Positions 29,654 through 39,520 of a stretch of DNA of 64,000 nucleotides are shown here, piece after piece; the stretch's first letter is position 1; the number at the start of each line of letters is the position of its first letter. Origin of the DNA: Rhodothermales bacterium (GTDB lineage: Bacteria > Bacteroidota > Rhodothermia > Rhodothermales > VXPQ01); the NCBI GenBank assembly GCA_040904565.1, contig JBBDTI010000064.1, positions 1 to 64,000 on the forward strand, in the 5' to 3' direction. A program made the position numbers and the translations under genes. Under the pieces are notes generated by a model that saw nothing but the letters and a program-made list of their open reading frames with translations, did not search any database and was not told the origin of the DNA.

Positions 29654-31063
29654 CTACAGACGCAAGATATCGTTGAAAATGAGGAACGTCATAAAGACGA
29701 GAAGCAGAATCATCCCGATCTGCTGCGTGATCATTCGAAAGCGAAGCGACGGCTCACGACGGACGATGCCCTCGTAGAGCAGGAAGACGAGGTGCCCGCC
29801 GTCGAGCACGGGTATCGGAAGAATATTGATGATCGCCAGGGTGATGGACAGCATCGCGACGATATTCCAGAAATACAGCGCGCCGGCATCGGCCGCCTGT
29901 TTCGTAATCTGGGCGATCATGATCGGTCCGCCCACGTTTTCGCGAAAGTTCTCCTGCCCCGTGAACACCCTCCCGAGGCTCACGGCAATCCCCTTCGTGT
30001 TCGTCCACGTATCGGCGAGACCGACTCCCGCGGCCCCGAAGACCGAAAAATCGCGCCGGAGCTCACCGAACTCCTGAGCGACCACCAGCGACGTCGGCGC
30101 GTAGACCCCGAGAAGATAGCTCCCGTCACGCTGCGTCGGCCGTACCGACGCCTCATAGATCGTTCCAACGCTCGTCTCGTCTACCGTCTGCACGAAGGCG
30201 GGAACGTCGACCCCCTCTGCAAGCGAATCCGGACGCAGCCATCGTATGCGAATGGGCGCGCCTCCCGACGCCTGAATGATACCGTTCATTTCGGCCCAGT
30301 AGCGAATGTCTTCACCGCTGACGGATACGATGCGGTCGCCGCCGCGGAGCCCAATCGAGTCGGCCGGCGTCCCGGCTATGATACCGCTGATGACGGCAGG
30401 ATCGATGGAGATACCGAGCCCCCTCCGCCTATTCAGCTGCGTGAAGATGTCGGACGGACCCTCCATCGTCAAGGTGTCGCCGTCCCGTACCGCCGTGATC
30501 GTAAACGGATCGGCGATGAGAGACTCGATGCTGGCAAGATCTTCGTATTCCTCGAAAACGTTCCCGCTTACGGCGTGAATACGATCCCCCGTGCGCAGGC
30601 CCATATCGTATGCGATCGACGAATCGGCGACGTAGATCGCGTCGACATTCTCGGCCGGGATATAGGTCTCACCATACGCCAGCTTGAGACCCGTGAAGAT
30701 GAAGAACGCCAGGATGACGTTGAAGATGACGCCGGCGGAGATGACGACCATCCGCTGCCACACGGGCTTGGACCTGAATTCCCAGGGTTCCGGCTCCGAC
30801 TCCAGATAGTCGGTGTCCATGCTCTCGTCGATCATGCCGGCAATCTTGACGTAGCCGCCGAGCGGCGTCGCACCGACGACGTATTCGGTCTCGCCGACCG
30901 TCTTGCCGAATATCTTCGGAGGGAATCCGACAGAGAAACGGTCCACGCGCATCCCGAAAAGCTTGGCGAACAGAAAATGGCCCATCTCGTGAACGAACAC
31001 GAGGATTGTGATCGCCAGAATGACCCAAAACACGTACGAGAGGATCTCGAAGACCGACTCCAT
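29654..31063 (-). CDS. rseP: RIP metalloprotease RseP
   Basis: HEMGH, PLGGYV, two PDZ regions, NILPIPVLDGG. Confidence 0.95.
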   Translation of the reverse strand: MESVFEILSYVFWVILAITILVFVHEMGHFLFAKLFGMRVDRFSVGFPPKIFGKTVGETEYVVGATPLGGYVKIAGMIDESMDTDYLESEPEPWEFRSKPVWQRMVVISAGVIFNVILAFFIFTGLKLAYGETYIPAENVDAIYVADSSIAYDMGLRTGDRIHAVSGNVFEEYEDLASIESLIADPFTITAVRDGDTLTMEGPSDIFTQLNRRRGLGISIDPAVISGIIAGTPADSIGLRGGDRIVSVSGEDIRYWAEMNGIIQASGGAPIRIRWLRPDSLAEGVDVPAFVQTVDETSVGTIYEASVRPTQRDGSYLLGVYAPTSLVVAQEFGELRRDFSVFGAAGVGLADTWTNTKGIAVSLGRVFTGQENFRENVGGPIMIAQITKQAADAGALYFWNIVAMLSITLAIINILPIPVLDGGHLVFLLYEGIVRREPSLRFRMITQQIGMILLLVFMTFLIFNDILRL

Positions 31064-31165
31064 ATTCCCAAAAATCTAGATCGGAGAGTGCCTGAAGCCG
31101 CGGTCGGGTCCGGCCGCAGGTGGCATCGCGTGGACGAGAGGCGCGCAGCAAGCTACAAACGCCGT

Positions 31166-32326
31166 TTAAATAGTACGTGCCCGAGCGTGTTCCAGTGCTA
31201 CCCGTCGCGCCTCCTCGTCGCTTGCGACAAGATCCTCGAGACGAGGCGAGGCAACCGGCGGAATCTTTGCGAGGGCTTCACCGACGACGTCAGGAATGTC
31301 GACGAATCGTATGCGCTCGTCCAGAAAGAGCCCGACGGCCTCTTCATTCGCCGCGTTGAGAATCGCCGGGGCCGTGCCGCCCATGCGCAAGGCCTCGAAG
31401 GCGAGTTCCAGGCACGGAAATTTCGCGTGGTCGGGTGTCTCGAAATCCAGGCGGCGCACGTCGGACCAGTCCACTCTCTCGTGCGGCGCTGCCCAACGTT
31501 CCGGATAGCTTAATGCGTACTGAATGGGGACTTTCATGTCCGGCACGCCGAGCTGGGCTTTCGTCGACCCATCGCGAAATACCACGAGCGAATGGATGAT
31601 GGACTGCGGGTGGACGAGCACGGAAATATGGGCGGCCTCGATGCCGAACAGCCAGCGCGCCTCGATCACCTCCAGCCCTTTGTTCATCATCGTGGCGGAA
31701 TCGATAGTTATCTTTGCGCCCATGGACCAGTTCGGGTGATCGAGCGCTTCCTCGCGCGTGATGGAGGTAAACGTGTCGGCCGGACGCGTCCGGAAAGGCC
31801 CGCCGGATGCCGTAAGGATAAGTTCCTCGATGCTATCCGACGGCTCCCCGACCAGGCACTGAAAGATGGCGGAATGCTCGCTGTCCACCGGCAGCAGCAC
31901 GCTGTCATGATTCGCCACCAGACCCATGACCAGCTCCCCGGCGACGACGAGCGTCTCCTTGTTGGCCAGCGCAACCTTTTTGCCGGCACGTACGGCCTCG
32001 ATGACCGATTCCAGTCCGGCGAAGCCTACAAGCGAAGCCACGACCGTATCCACGTCCGGCAGCGTAGCCGCTTCACACAACCCGTCTCTTCCGACGAGCA
32101 CGCGCACCGCCGTGTCCTGGAGGCCGGACGTCAGCTCCTCCCGCCGAGAGGCATCCGCGATAACCACGCACTCCGGAACGAATTCGCGCGCCTGCTCGAT
32201 CAGTAATTCCACGTTGGAGCCGGCCGTCAGCGCGTCGACCTTGAACCGCTCGGGAAACAGCCTCAACACGTCTAGCGTCTGCGTGCCGATAGAGCCCGTC
32301 GAACCCAGGATGCTGATACGCTGCAC
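31166..32326 (-). CDS. dxr: 1-deoxy-D-xylulose-5-phosphate reductoisomerase
   Basis: ILGSTGSIG, ALANKE, PVDSEH, HPNWSMGAKITIDSATMMNKG; GTG 32326 chosen as start. Confidence 0.97.
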   Translation of the reverse strand: MQRISILGSTGSIGTQTLDVLRLFPERFKVDALTAGSNVELLIEQAREFVPECVVIADASRREELTSGLQDTAVRVLVGRDGLCEAATLPDVDTVVASLVGFAGLESVIEAVRAGKKVALANKETLVVAGELVMGLVANHDSVLLPVDSEHSAIFQCLVGEPSDSIEELILTASGGPFRTRPADTFTSITREEALDHPNWSMGAKITIDSATMMNKGLEVIEARWLFGIEAAHISVLVHPQSIIHSLVVFRDGSTKAQLGVPDMKVPIQYALSYPERWAAPHERVDWSDVRRLDFETPDHAKFPCLELAFEALRMGGTAPAILNAANEEAVGLFLDERIRFVDIPDVVGEALAKIPPVASPRLEDLVASDEEARRVALEHARARTI

Positions 32327-32618
32327 GGACCCGTTTCGATATGTTGGATCTTGTCCTCCCACACCCTTCGGACGACTCCGCCGTCCAACTGATCCCCGCA
32401 CGGCCCGTATCTGCACCATCTTACTTCGTGCGGCACGCAGCGTCCGACCCCTTCCTCCCGGGGCACTCCACCCCCTGCGCGACCCTCCGGCCACCTGAAC
32501 GACCACTTCGCCGGTGAAACTTACCGCTAGCCGCAGCAATACTAAAGAAACGAATCCACCTCGCCCGCATCGGGCCCTGAACCGCCGAAGCGCTTCGTCC
32601 AGTAGCCGCAGTACACTC

Positions 32619-34514
32619 TTGGATCATAATCTTCCAGCACGCATTCAGCCTGCGTTAGCGCGAGCACGAGCCTGCGTGGCCGTCCTCGCCGTGTCGTTCG
32701 CGACCCTGACGGCTCCCGTTCAGGTCGCGGCCCAGCAGATGGACAGTACGCAGGTGGAGCGATTTCAGCTGGCCGACTCGTTTCTGCGCGCCGGGCAGTT
32801 CGACCGCGCCATCACACTGCTGGAGGATCTCATATCGGCCTCGCCGGACAACTTCGCGTTCTACGATAAGCTTAAGGATGCCTACGAGAGCGTGAAGCGT
32901 TACGACGACGCCGCGGCGCTCGTCGAGTCGAGGATGGGGTCCGAACCCGATCCGTCGCTGCTGTCCGACCTTGCGCGGATCCAGTACCTGCGTGGAGACG
33001 AACGGGACGCGTACGCTGCGTGGGACGACGCCCTCGCCGTTCGACCCGACGACCCTGGTACATACCGGATCGTGTATCAATCGCTGTTGGACGTGCGTCA
33101 GTTCGAGCGCGCCATCGACGTACTGAATCAGGCGCGTGAAGCTGTCGGAGACCCGAGCCTGTTCCGCCCGGATCTTGCCTATCTCTACAATCTAACGGGC
33201 CGCCACGAGGACGCGGCGGCGGAGTATCTCGGGCTGCTCGAATCGAATCAGCAGCAGCTCGGCTTCGTGCGCAGCCGGCTTGGACGCTTCATCGAACAGG
33301 AAGAGGCCCTCCGCACAAGTATCGCGGCAACAGAGCGCGCCGTTCGATCCGAACCGCTCCATCGCGCCTTCCGGGAGCTGCTCGGATGGCTCTACGTGGA
33401 GGCGGAGGACTTTTCGAGCGCTTTCGACGCGTATCGTGCCATCGATCGGCTCGAGAGCGAAAATGGACAGGTGCTATTCCAGTTTGCCCAGATGGCATCC
33501 GACGCATCCGCCTACGACGTCGCCGCCGACACCTATCGAGAGATCCTCGCCAGATACCCGGATGCCCCATCGGCCCCCCAGGCCCTCGCCGCACTCGGCC
33601 GGATGCACGAGCATTGGGCGGAGCAGATCGGGGAACGCGTCGTAGAGGGGAACGCAGAGACCGCCCCACATTACAGGCTCGCTCTGGAAACGTATCGCAC
33701 GTTCCTTCAGCAGTACCCCCACCACGAGCTCTACGCGAACGTTCTTCGCGATATCGGTCGCCTCGAGCAGGACGTATATTTCGATCTGGAAGCTGCAGAA
33801 ACAACGTTGCGGCAGGTCATCGCGGAACATCCGGATACGCGCGCTGCTGATGAAGCAGCCTTCGACCTGGCGCGCGCCGCTCTCATGCAGGGCAATCTGG
33901 ACGATGCCAGGCTGCGGCTCAACCGGCTCGTCGAACGCCTCCGCACGGGCGAGATCGCCGAGGCGGCCCGGTTCTGGCTGGCTCGCGTCCGCTTCTTTGC
34001 AGGTGAGTTCGACGCCGCGCAATCGCTGCTCGACGTCATTGACGCCCATACGTCGACGGACGTATCGAATGACGCCATCGAACTGAAGCTCCTGATCATG
34101 GAGAATAGAGGACCGGATTCGCTCGACGTTCCGCTGAGCCGATATGCCGATGCCCTGTTCGCCAGGGAACAGCGGCGACCCCAACGCGCCCTCGAAACCG
34201 TCGACGCGCTGCTGGCCGATTTTCCGGGCCACACCCTGGCCGACGAGGCTCGATACCTGCGAGCGGAGATCTTGCGGTCGATCGGCGAAGCGGATAAGGC
34301 CGCCGAGGCGTTCGCGGAATTGCCGGTGCTTCATCCGCAAAGCCGTCTCGCCGACCGAGCCCTCTTCGCCGCGGCAGAGATACTCGAGCGCGACGTCGGC
34401 GATGCCGAAGGCGCGATGGAAACGTACCAGCGGCTCCTGGCGAACTACCCGGGTTCGCTTCTGGCCAATCAGGTGCGAACGCGAATCCGCCACCTCCGCG
34501 GTGACGGCGCCTGA
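32619..34514 (+). CDS. Exported tetratricopeptide repeat protein
   Basis: Hydrophobic signal ending AA-QQ; many TPR-like helices with YP/FP turns (ARYPDAP, ADFPGH, NYPGS); start uncertain. Confidence 0.8.
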   Translation: MDHNLPARIQPALARARACVAVLAVSFATLTAPVQVAAQQMDSTQVERFQLADSFLRAGQFDRAITLLEDLISASPDNFAFYDKLKDAYESVKRYDDAAALVESRMGSEPDPSLLSDLARIQYLRGDERDAYAAWDDALAVRPDDPGTYRIVYQSLLDVRQFERAIDVLNQAREAVGDPSLFRPDLAYLYNLTGRHEDAAAEYLGLLESNQQQLGFVRSRLGRFIEQEEALRTSIAATERAVRSEPLHRAFRELLGWLYVEAEDFSSAFDAYRAIDRLESENGQVLFQFAQMASDASAYDVAADTYREILARYPDAPSAPQALAALGRMHEHWAEQIGERVVEGNAETAPHYRLALETYRTFLQQYPHHELYANVLRDIGRLEQDVYFDLEAAETTLRQVIAEHPDTRAADEAAFDLARAALMQGNLDDARLRLNRLVERLRTGEIAEAARFWLARVRFFAGEFDAAQSLLDVIDAHTSTDVSNDAIELKLLIMENRGPDSLDVPLSRYADALFAREQRRPQRALETVDALLADFPGHTLADEARYLRAEILRSIGEADKAAEAFAELPVLHPQSRLADRALFAAAEILERDVGDAEGAMETYQRLLANYPGSLLANQVRTRIRHLRGDGA

Positions 34515-34567
34515 CGACGCACGATCCCACGCTTCATCCCCGCGCATATTTTACCGAACGTCGAGAC

Positions 34568-35842
34568 ATGCTGACGCGCATTACCAAGATCCTGCTGCTG
34601 CTCGCCGCGATGCTGGTCCGTACGGAACCCGCTCACGGGCAGGACATCCTGATCCCGATGGACGCGGAGCAGTCCAACCACCTTAAGGCGTACGGCGTCG
34701 CTTTCTGGGCCCTGGAGCAGGGCCGGCCCGTCGACTGGCTGCTCAACTACCGCGGCGGATCGTTTCTCGCCGCCGGTTTCGCTGGACTCGAATCGGAACT
34801 CCAGATCCGCGGCGTACAGTACGAACGCATCGGAGCAGGAACATCCGCCCGGATCGTCGCGGAGGTCGAAAGTGAAGCGAGCAACACGTCGGTCGTTCGG
34901 CTGGAGACGGCACCAAGCATCGCCGTCTACGCCCCATCACAAACACTGCCGTGGGACGACGCCGTGCTGCTAGCCCTCGAATATGCCGAGGTGCCGTACG
35001 ACATGATCTATGACGACGAGGTGCTGAACGGGCGCCTGAATGAGTATGACTGGCTCCACCTCCATCACGAGGACTTCACGGGGCAGTACGGTAAGTTTCT
35101 CCAGTACCGGAACATGCCCTGGTACATCGAACAGCAACGCACGGCCGAAGAGGCGGGCGGGCGGCACGGCTTTCGTAAAGTCAGCGACCTGAAGCTGCGC
35201 ATAACGCAAACGATAAAGGAATATGTCTCCCAGGGAGGCTTCCTGTTCGCCATGTGCTCGGGAACGGATACGTACGACATCGCCCTGGCGGCCCACCAGA
35301 CCGACATCGTACCCTCCGAATACGACGGCGACCCCGTCGACCCGAATGCCGCCGCGGAGCTCGATTACAATAGCACGGTGGCGTTCGAAAACTTCACGCC
35401 CATCTTCAATCCGGCCGAATACGAGCACTCGGACATCGATACGGGTCCGCCCCCGCCCCAGATGCGCAATCCGACGCTGGACTACTTCACGCTCTTCGAG
35501 TTCAGCGCGAAGTGGGATCCCGTCCCGACCATGCTCACCCAGAACCACGTCGCAACCATCAAGGGATTCATCGGGCAAACCACGAACTTTCGAAAAGACC
35601 TGATCAAGCCCGGCGTGGTGCTCCTGGCGGAGGCACCTGGACGGAACGAGGTCAAATACATTCACGGCAACCTCGGAGAGGGGACCTTTACGTTCTACGC
35701 CGGACACGACCCGGAGGATTACCAGCACTTCGTCGGGGATCCGCCCACGGACCTGAACCTGCATAAGAGTTCGCCCGGCTATCGACTCATTCTAAACAAC
35801 ATCCTCTTTCCGGCCGCGAAGAAGAAAAAACAAAAAACCTAG
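34568..35842 (+). CDS. Exported protein with class I glutamine amidotransferase-like motif (family often labelled 'asparagine synthetase B' in Bacteroidota)
   Basis: Signal peptide; LIPMD..QSNHLKAYG, DWLHLHHEDFTGQYGK, GGFLFAMCSG, GHDPEDY. Confidence 0.7.
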   Translation: MLTRITKILLLLAAMLVRTEPAHGQDILIPMDAEQSNHLKAYGVAFWALEQGRPVDWLLNYRGGSFLAAGFAGLESELQIRGVQYERIGAGTSARIVAEVESEASNTSVVRLETAPSIAVYAPSQTLPWDDAVLLALEYAEVPYDMIYDDEVLNGRLNEYDWLHLHHEDFTGQYGKFLQYRNMPWYIEQQRTAEEAGGRHGFRKVSDLKLRITQTIKEYVSQGGFLFAMCSGTDTYDIALAAHQTDIVPSEYDGDPVDPNAAAELDYNSTVAFENFTPIFNPAEYEHSDIDTGPPPPQMRNPTLDYFTLFEFSAKWDPVPTMLTQNHVATIKGFIGQTTNFRKDLIKPGVVLLAEAPGRNEVKYIHGNLGEGTFTFYAGHDPEDYQHFVGDPPTDLNLHKSSPGYRLILNNILFPAAKKKKQKT

Positions 35843-35918
35843 TTCGTTACGGCACGTAGCGAAACTCTCTCCGCCCAACGCGTATGCTGCATCCGATCTC
35901 GAGAAAGTACCCGTACGC

Positions 35919-36464
35919 ATGAACGAGACACCTGTCAAAACCGTCGCCGCGTCACGTTGTGTGATGACGGAAATCGTTATGCCGAACGACACGAATGGGC
36001 TGGGCAACATGATGGGCGGCCGACTGCTCCATCTGATGGATAAAGGGGCTGCGATATCCGCACAGCGTCATTCGAATCAGGTATGCGTCACGGCTGCCGT
36101 CGATACGGTGGACTTTCAGTCGCCCATCTTCCAGGGTGAAATCGTCGTCGTGGAAAGTCAGGTAAACCGCGTCTTCCGCTCGTCGATGGAGGTCGAACTC
36201 AACGTGTGGGCCGAAAATCCGCGAGCGCAGACGCGGCGCAAGTGCAATCGTGCCTTTTATACATTCGTCGCCGTCGACGACACGGGTTCGCCCGTTCCGG
36301 CCCCACCTATCACGCCGGAGACCGAGGAGGAAGCAGCGCGATATGAAAATGCCGCCAAGCGACGAGAACTCCGCCTGCTGATGTCGGAACGCATGCACCT
36401 CCGCGACGCCGAAGGCTTGAAGGAGGACGTGCTCGCCGCGATAAGCGGAGACGATCGACCGTAA
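35919..36464 (+). CDS. Acyl-CoA thioesterase (hotdog fold, YciA-like)
   Basis: PNDTNGLGNMMGGRLL, VTAAVD, FYTFVAVD. Confidence 0.9.
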   Translation: MNETPVKTVAASRCVMTEIVMPNDTNGLGNMMGGRLLHLMDKGAAISAQRHSNQVCVTAAVDTVDFQSPIFQGEIVVVESQVNRVFRSSMEVELNVWAENPRAQTRRKCNRAFYTFVAVDDTGSPVPAPPITPETEEEAARYENAAKRRELRLLMSERMHLRDAEGLKEDVLAAISGDDRP

Positions 36465-36588
36465 GGATTCTTTACTTGCGTGCCTGAAACCTGGTACAGG
36501 CACGCTCAATCGTAACAACATCCAACACAATCAAACGGACAACGCCCTCATGTCAGTATCCCCCATTCATTCGACTCCGATACCAGGT

Positions 36589-37080
36589 ATGTCTCTAAAA
36601 CCGATTACGATATCGCTCATGGCAAAAACGATGGCGTTCGCGCTCGCGGTCGTGATAGCCGTCACGCTTACCGCAGGCAACGCCCAAGCTCAGTCGCCGG
36701 GCGGCGACTTCGGCATTGGAGGCCAGATCGGCGACCCGAGCGGCTTGACCCTTAAAATATATCAGCGTCCCGGATTCGCCTACGAACTGCTGGCCGCGTG
36801 GGATCTCGACGACTTCTTCTTTCTCAACGGACACGCTCTCTACGAGCGTCCCATCACCAACTCTCCGATCCGTTATTACCTCGGGCCGGGCGTACTGGTC
36901 GGTATACACGAGCGTGGGCGGGACGGGAATGATTTCGTCATCGGCATCAGCGGCCAGCTGGGCCTCAATTATTTCGTCGATCAATTTGAGGTGTTCCTGC
37001 ACCTGACGCCTCGCCTGAATGTCATTCCGAACACGGACGGCAGGATCGGCGGGGGCATCGGACTCCGCTTCTATCCCTGA
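36589..37080 (+). CDS. Small outer-membrane beta-barrel protein
   Basis: Signal peptide ending AQA, amphipathic strands, C-terminal GIGLRFYP; start uncertain (36550-36631). Confidence 0.7.
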   Translation: MSLKPITISLMAKTMAFALAVVIAVTLTAGNAQAQSPGGDFGIGGQIGDPSGLTLKIYQRPGFAYELLAAWDLDDFFFLNGHALYERPITNSPIRYYLGPGVLVGIHERGRDGNDFVIGISGQLGLNYFVDQFEVFLHLTPRLNVIPNTDGRIGGGIGLRFYP

Positions 37081-37220
37081 CCCATCCTTCTCGTCCGTCC
37101 TGCTCGTTTGACCCAGGGGATCAGCCGGCATCATCAGCCCGATTCGAAACGGGCACGATCGTATCGGCTATCTTGCAGACGTACAGACTGCGGATAGCGA
37201 AGGGGATACCAGCGTAGGAG

Positions 37221-38147
37221 ATGTTGTATAAGCGCGTTCTCATAACAGGAGCAAATGGATTGCTCGGTCAGGAGCTCGTGCGCCTCATGAGCACGTATCC
37301 CGAGTACGACGTGCTCGCTACCGCACGCGACCCGGCGCCGCGCTTTCAGGACGCTTCCTGCGGTTATGCCCCGCTGGACGTTACGTCGGTCGAAGACGTT
37401 CGTAATGTCTTTGAAGACTTCACCCCGACCGTCGTCGTCAACGCCGCCGCCATGACGCAGGTCGATGTCTGCGAGACGGAGCGCGACGCGTGCTGGGCGG
37501 TCAACGCGGAAGCCGTCGAGCACCTGGCGCGACAGTGCCATAACGTGGGAGCCCACCTCATTCAGGTTTCCACGGATTTCGTCTTCGACGGCGAGGACGG
37601 ACCCTACCGTGAGGACGCGCGGCCCGATCCCGTGAATTTCTACGGGAAGTCCAAGCAGGCGGCTGAGAACGCCGCTCGAGGGGCGGGCCTGGACAGGTGG
37701 TCCGTAGCGCGGACGGTGCTGGTCTACGGCACCGGACACGACCTCAAGCGATCCAACTTCGCCCTCTGGGTGCTCGAGAAGCTCTCCGCGGGTGAGCCGA
37801 TCCACGTCGTGACGGACCAGTGGCGTACGCCTACGTACGCCCCGGATCTCGCCTCGGGGATCGAACGAATCGTCCGATACGGTAAGAGCGGGGTCTTCCA
37901 CCTCTCGGGCCGCGAGTTGATGTCTGTCTACCAGTTCGCCTCCACCATTGCCGACGTATTCGATCTGGATGCCGGACTCCTGCGTCGGACGGACGGGTCG
38001 GAGTTCACGCAGACCGCAACGCGTCCACCAAAGACCGGCTTCATCATCCTCAAAGCGGAGACGGAGCTCGGCTTTAAACCGCGCAGTGTGACGCAGGCCC
38101 TCCGTCATCTCGGCTCCCGCCTGGGCATCCCCGTAACCGCATCATGA
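37221..38147 (+). CDS. rfbD: dTDP-4-dehydrorhamnose reductase-like SDR
   Basis: ITGANGLLG, NAAAMTQVD, STDFVFDG, YGKSK, DQWRTPT. Confidence 0.85.
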   Translation: MLYKRVLITGANGLLGQELVRLMSTYPEYDVLATARDPAPRFQDASCGYAPLDVTSVEDVRNVFEDFTPTVVVNAAAMTQVDVCETERDACWAVNAEAVEHLARQCHNVGAHLIQVSTDFVFDGEDGPYREDARPDPVNFYGKSKQAAENAARGAGLDRWSVARTVLVYGTGHDLKRSNFALWVLEKLSAGEPIHVVTDQWRTPTYAPDLASGIERIVRYGKSGVFHLSGRELMSVYQFASTIADVFDLDAGLLRRTDGSEFTQTATRPPKTGFIILKAETELGFKPRSVTQALRHLGSRLGIPVTAS

Positions 38148-38215
38148 CGCGTGGCACACCCCGTGCTTCAGCGCCGGTATCCTGACTTCTTCACCTCCAA
38201 CCTGCATCCAGTCAC

Positions 38216-39520
38216 GTGATAGACATCCAATTGCTTCGGGAGGATCCCGAACGACTCCGTCGAGCCATTCGCGACAAAGGCCTGGGAGATCCCTCGCTCG
38301 TCGATCAACTTCAGACGCTGGACGAACGCCGTAGAACGTCGCTTACCGAGCTTCAGCAGGCGCAGGCCCGCTCCAACGCGATCTCGAAGGAGATCGGCGA
38401 GTACATGCGTTCGGGACGTAAGGACGAGGCGCAGGATCTGATCGAAGAGTCGTCGCAGCTGAAACAACGGATCAAGGATCTGGAAGAATCGGCTCGCCAG
38501 GTCGAGGAAGAATTAGAGGGGAAGATGCTGGACCTCCCCAACCTACCGCATCCGAGCGTACCGGTTGGACGGACGCCGGACGACAACGAGGTGATCGCGA
38601 CCGTCGGCGAACTTCCGACCTTCGACTTCAACCCTGTCGCCCACTGGGAGCTGGCCGAGCGTCACGGACTCATCGACTTCGAGCGAGGGGCAAAGGTCAC
38701 CGGCGCCGGCTTCCCGTTCTACGTAGGAAGGGGTGCACGCCTCCAACGGGCCCTGATCAACTTTTTCCTCGACACGGCGGTGCGAGACGGCGGCTATACG
38801 GAGCTGCAGCCCCCCCTCCTCGTGAACGCCGACAGCGCTCGTGGAACGGGACAGCTTCCGGACAAGGAAGCCTTGATGTACGAGGCGGAGCGTGACGAGC
38901 TCTTCCTGATACCTACCGCCGAAGTGCCCGTCACGAATCTGCTTCGAGACGAAATCCTGGAGACCGATCGTCTCCCGATAAAATATGCCGCTTACACGCC
39001 GTGCTTCCGGAGGGAAGCCGGGTCGTACGGCAAGGACGTACGCGGACTCAACAGGCTTCATCAGTTCGACAAGGTCGAGCTCGTCCGGTTCGTCCACCCC
39101 ACGACGAGCTACGAGGCCCTCGAAGAGCTGCGCGCCGACGCGGAACGTCCGCTTAAAGCACTCGGCCTACCCTACCGCGTTCTGCTCATGTGTACGGGCG
39201 ACATGGGCTTCACGCAGACGAAAAAATACGATCTGGAGGTGTGGAGTGCCGGGCAGGAGCGATGGCTCGAGGTCTCTTCCATCTCCAACTTCGAGGACTT
39301 TCAGTCCCGCCGCATGCAGATTCGCCACCGCGGGGACGCGCAGAAGAAGACGGAGCTCGTCCACACGCTGAACGGCTCCGGACTCGCGCTGCCGCGCATC
39401 GTGGCCGCATTGCTGGAGCACTACCAGCAGGCAGACGGCTCGATACGTATCCCCGAGGCCCTGCAATCCTACACCGGCTTCGAGCGGATCGACCGCGCGG
39501 CCGCGGCGGCGATCACGTAA
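38216..39520 (+). CDS. serS: Serine--tRNA ligase
   Basis: N-terminal coiled coil, LIPTAEVP, FRREAGS, RLHQFDKVE, HTLNGSGLA. Confidence 0.98.
   Translation: MIDIQLLREDPERLRRAIRDKGLGDPSLVDQLQTLDERRRTSLTELQQAQARSNAISKEIGEYMRSGRKDEAQDLIEESSQLKQRIKDLEESARQVEEELEGKMLDLPNLPHPSVPVGRTPDDNEVIATVGELPTFDFNPVAHWELAERHGLIDFERGAKVTGAGFPFYVGRGARLQRALINFFLDTAVRDGGYTELQPPLLVNADSARGTGQLPDKEALMYEAERDELFLIPTAEVPVTNLLRDEILETDRLPIKYAAYTPCFRREAGSYGKDVRGLNRLHQFDKVELVRFVHPTTSYEALEELRADAERPLKALGLPYRVLLMCTGDMGFTQTKKYDLEVWSAGQERWLEVSSISNFEDFQSRRMQIRHRGDAQKKTELVHTLNGSGLALPRIVAALLEHYQQADGSIRIPEALQSYTGFERIDRAAAAAIT

Noticed and set aside
37221-38147. rfbD as the marker of a polysaccharide island
   Set aside because: No rmlA/B/C or glycosyltransferases nearby; it stands alone among core genes.
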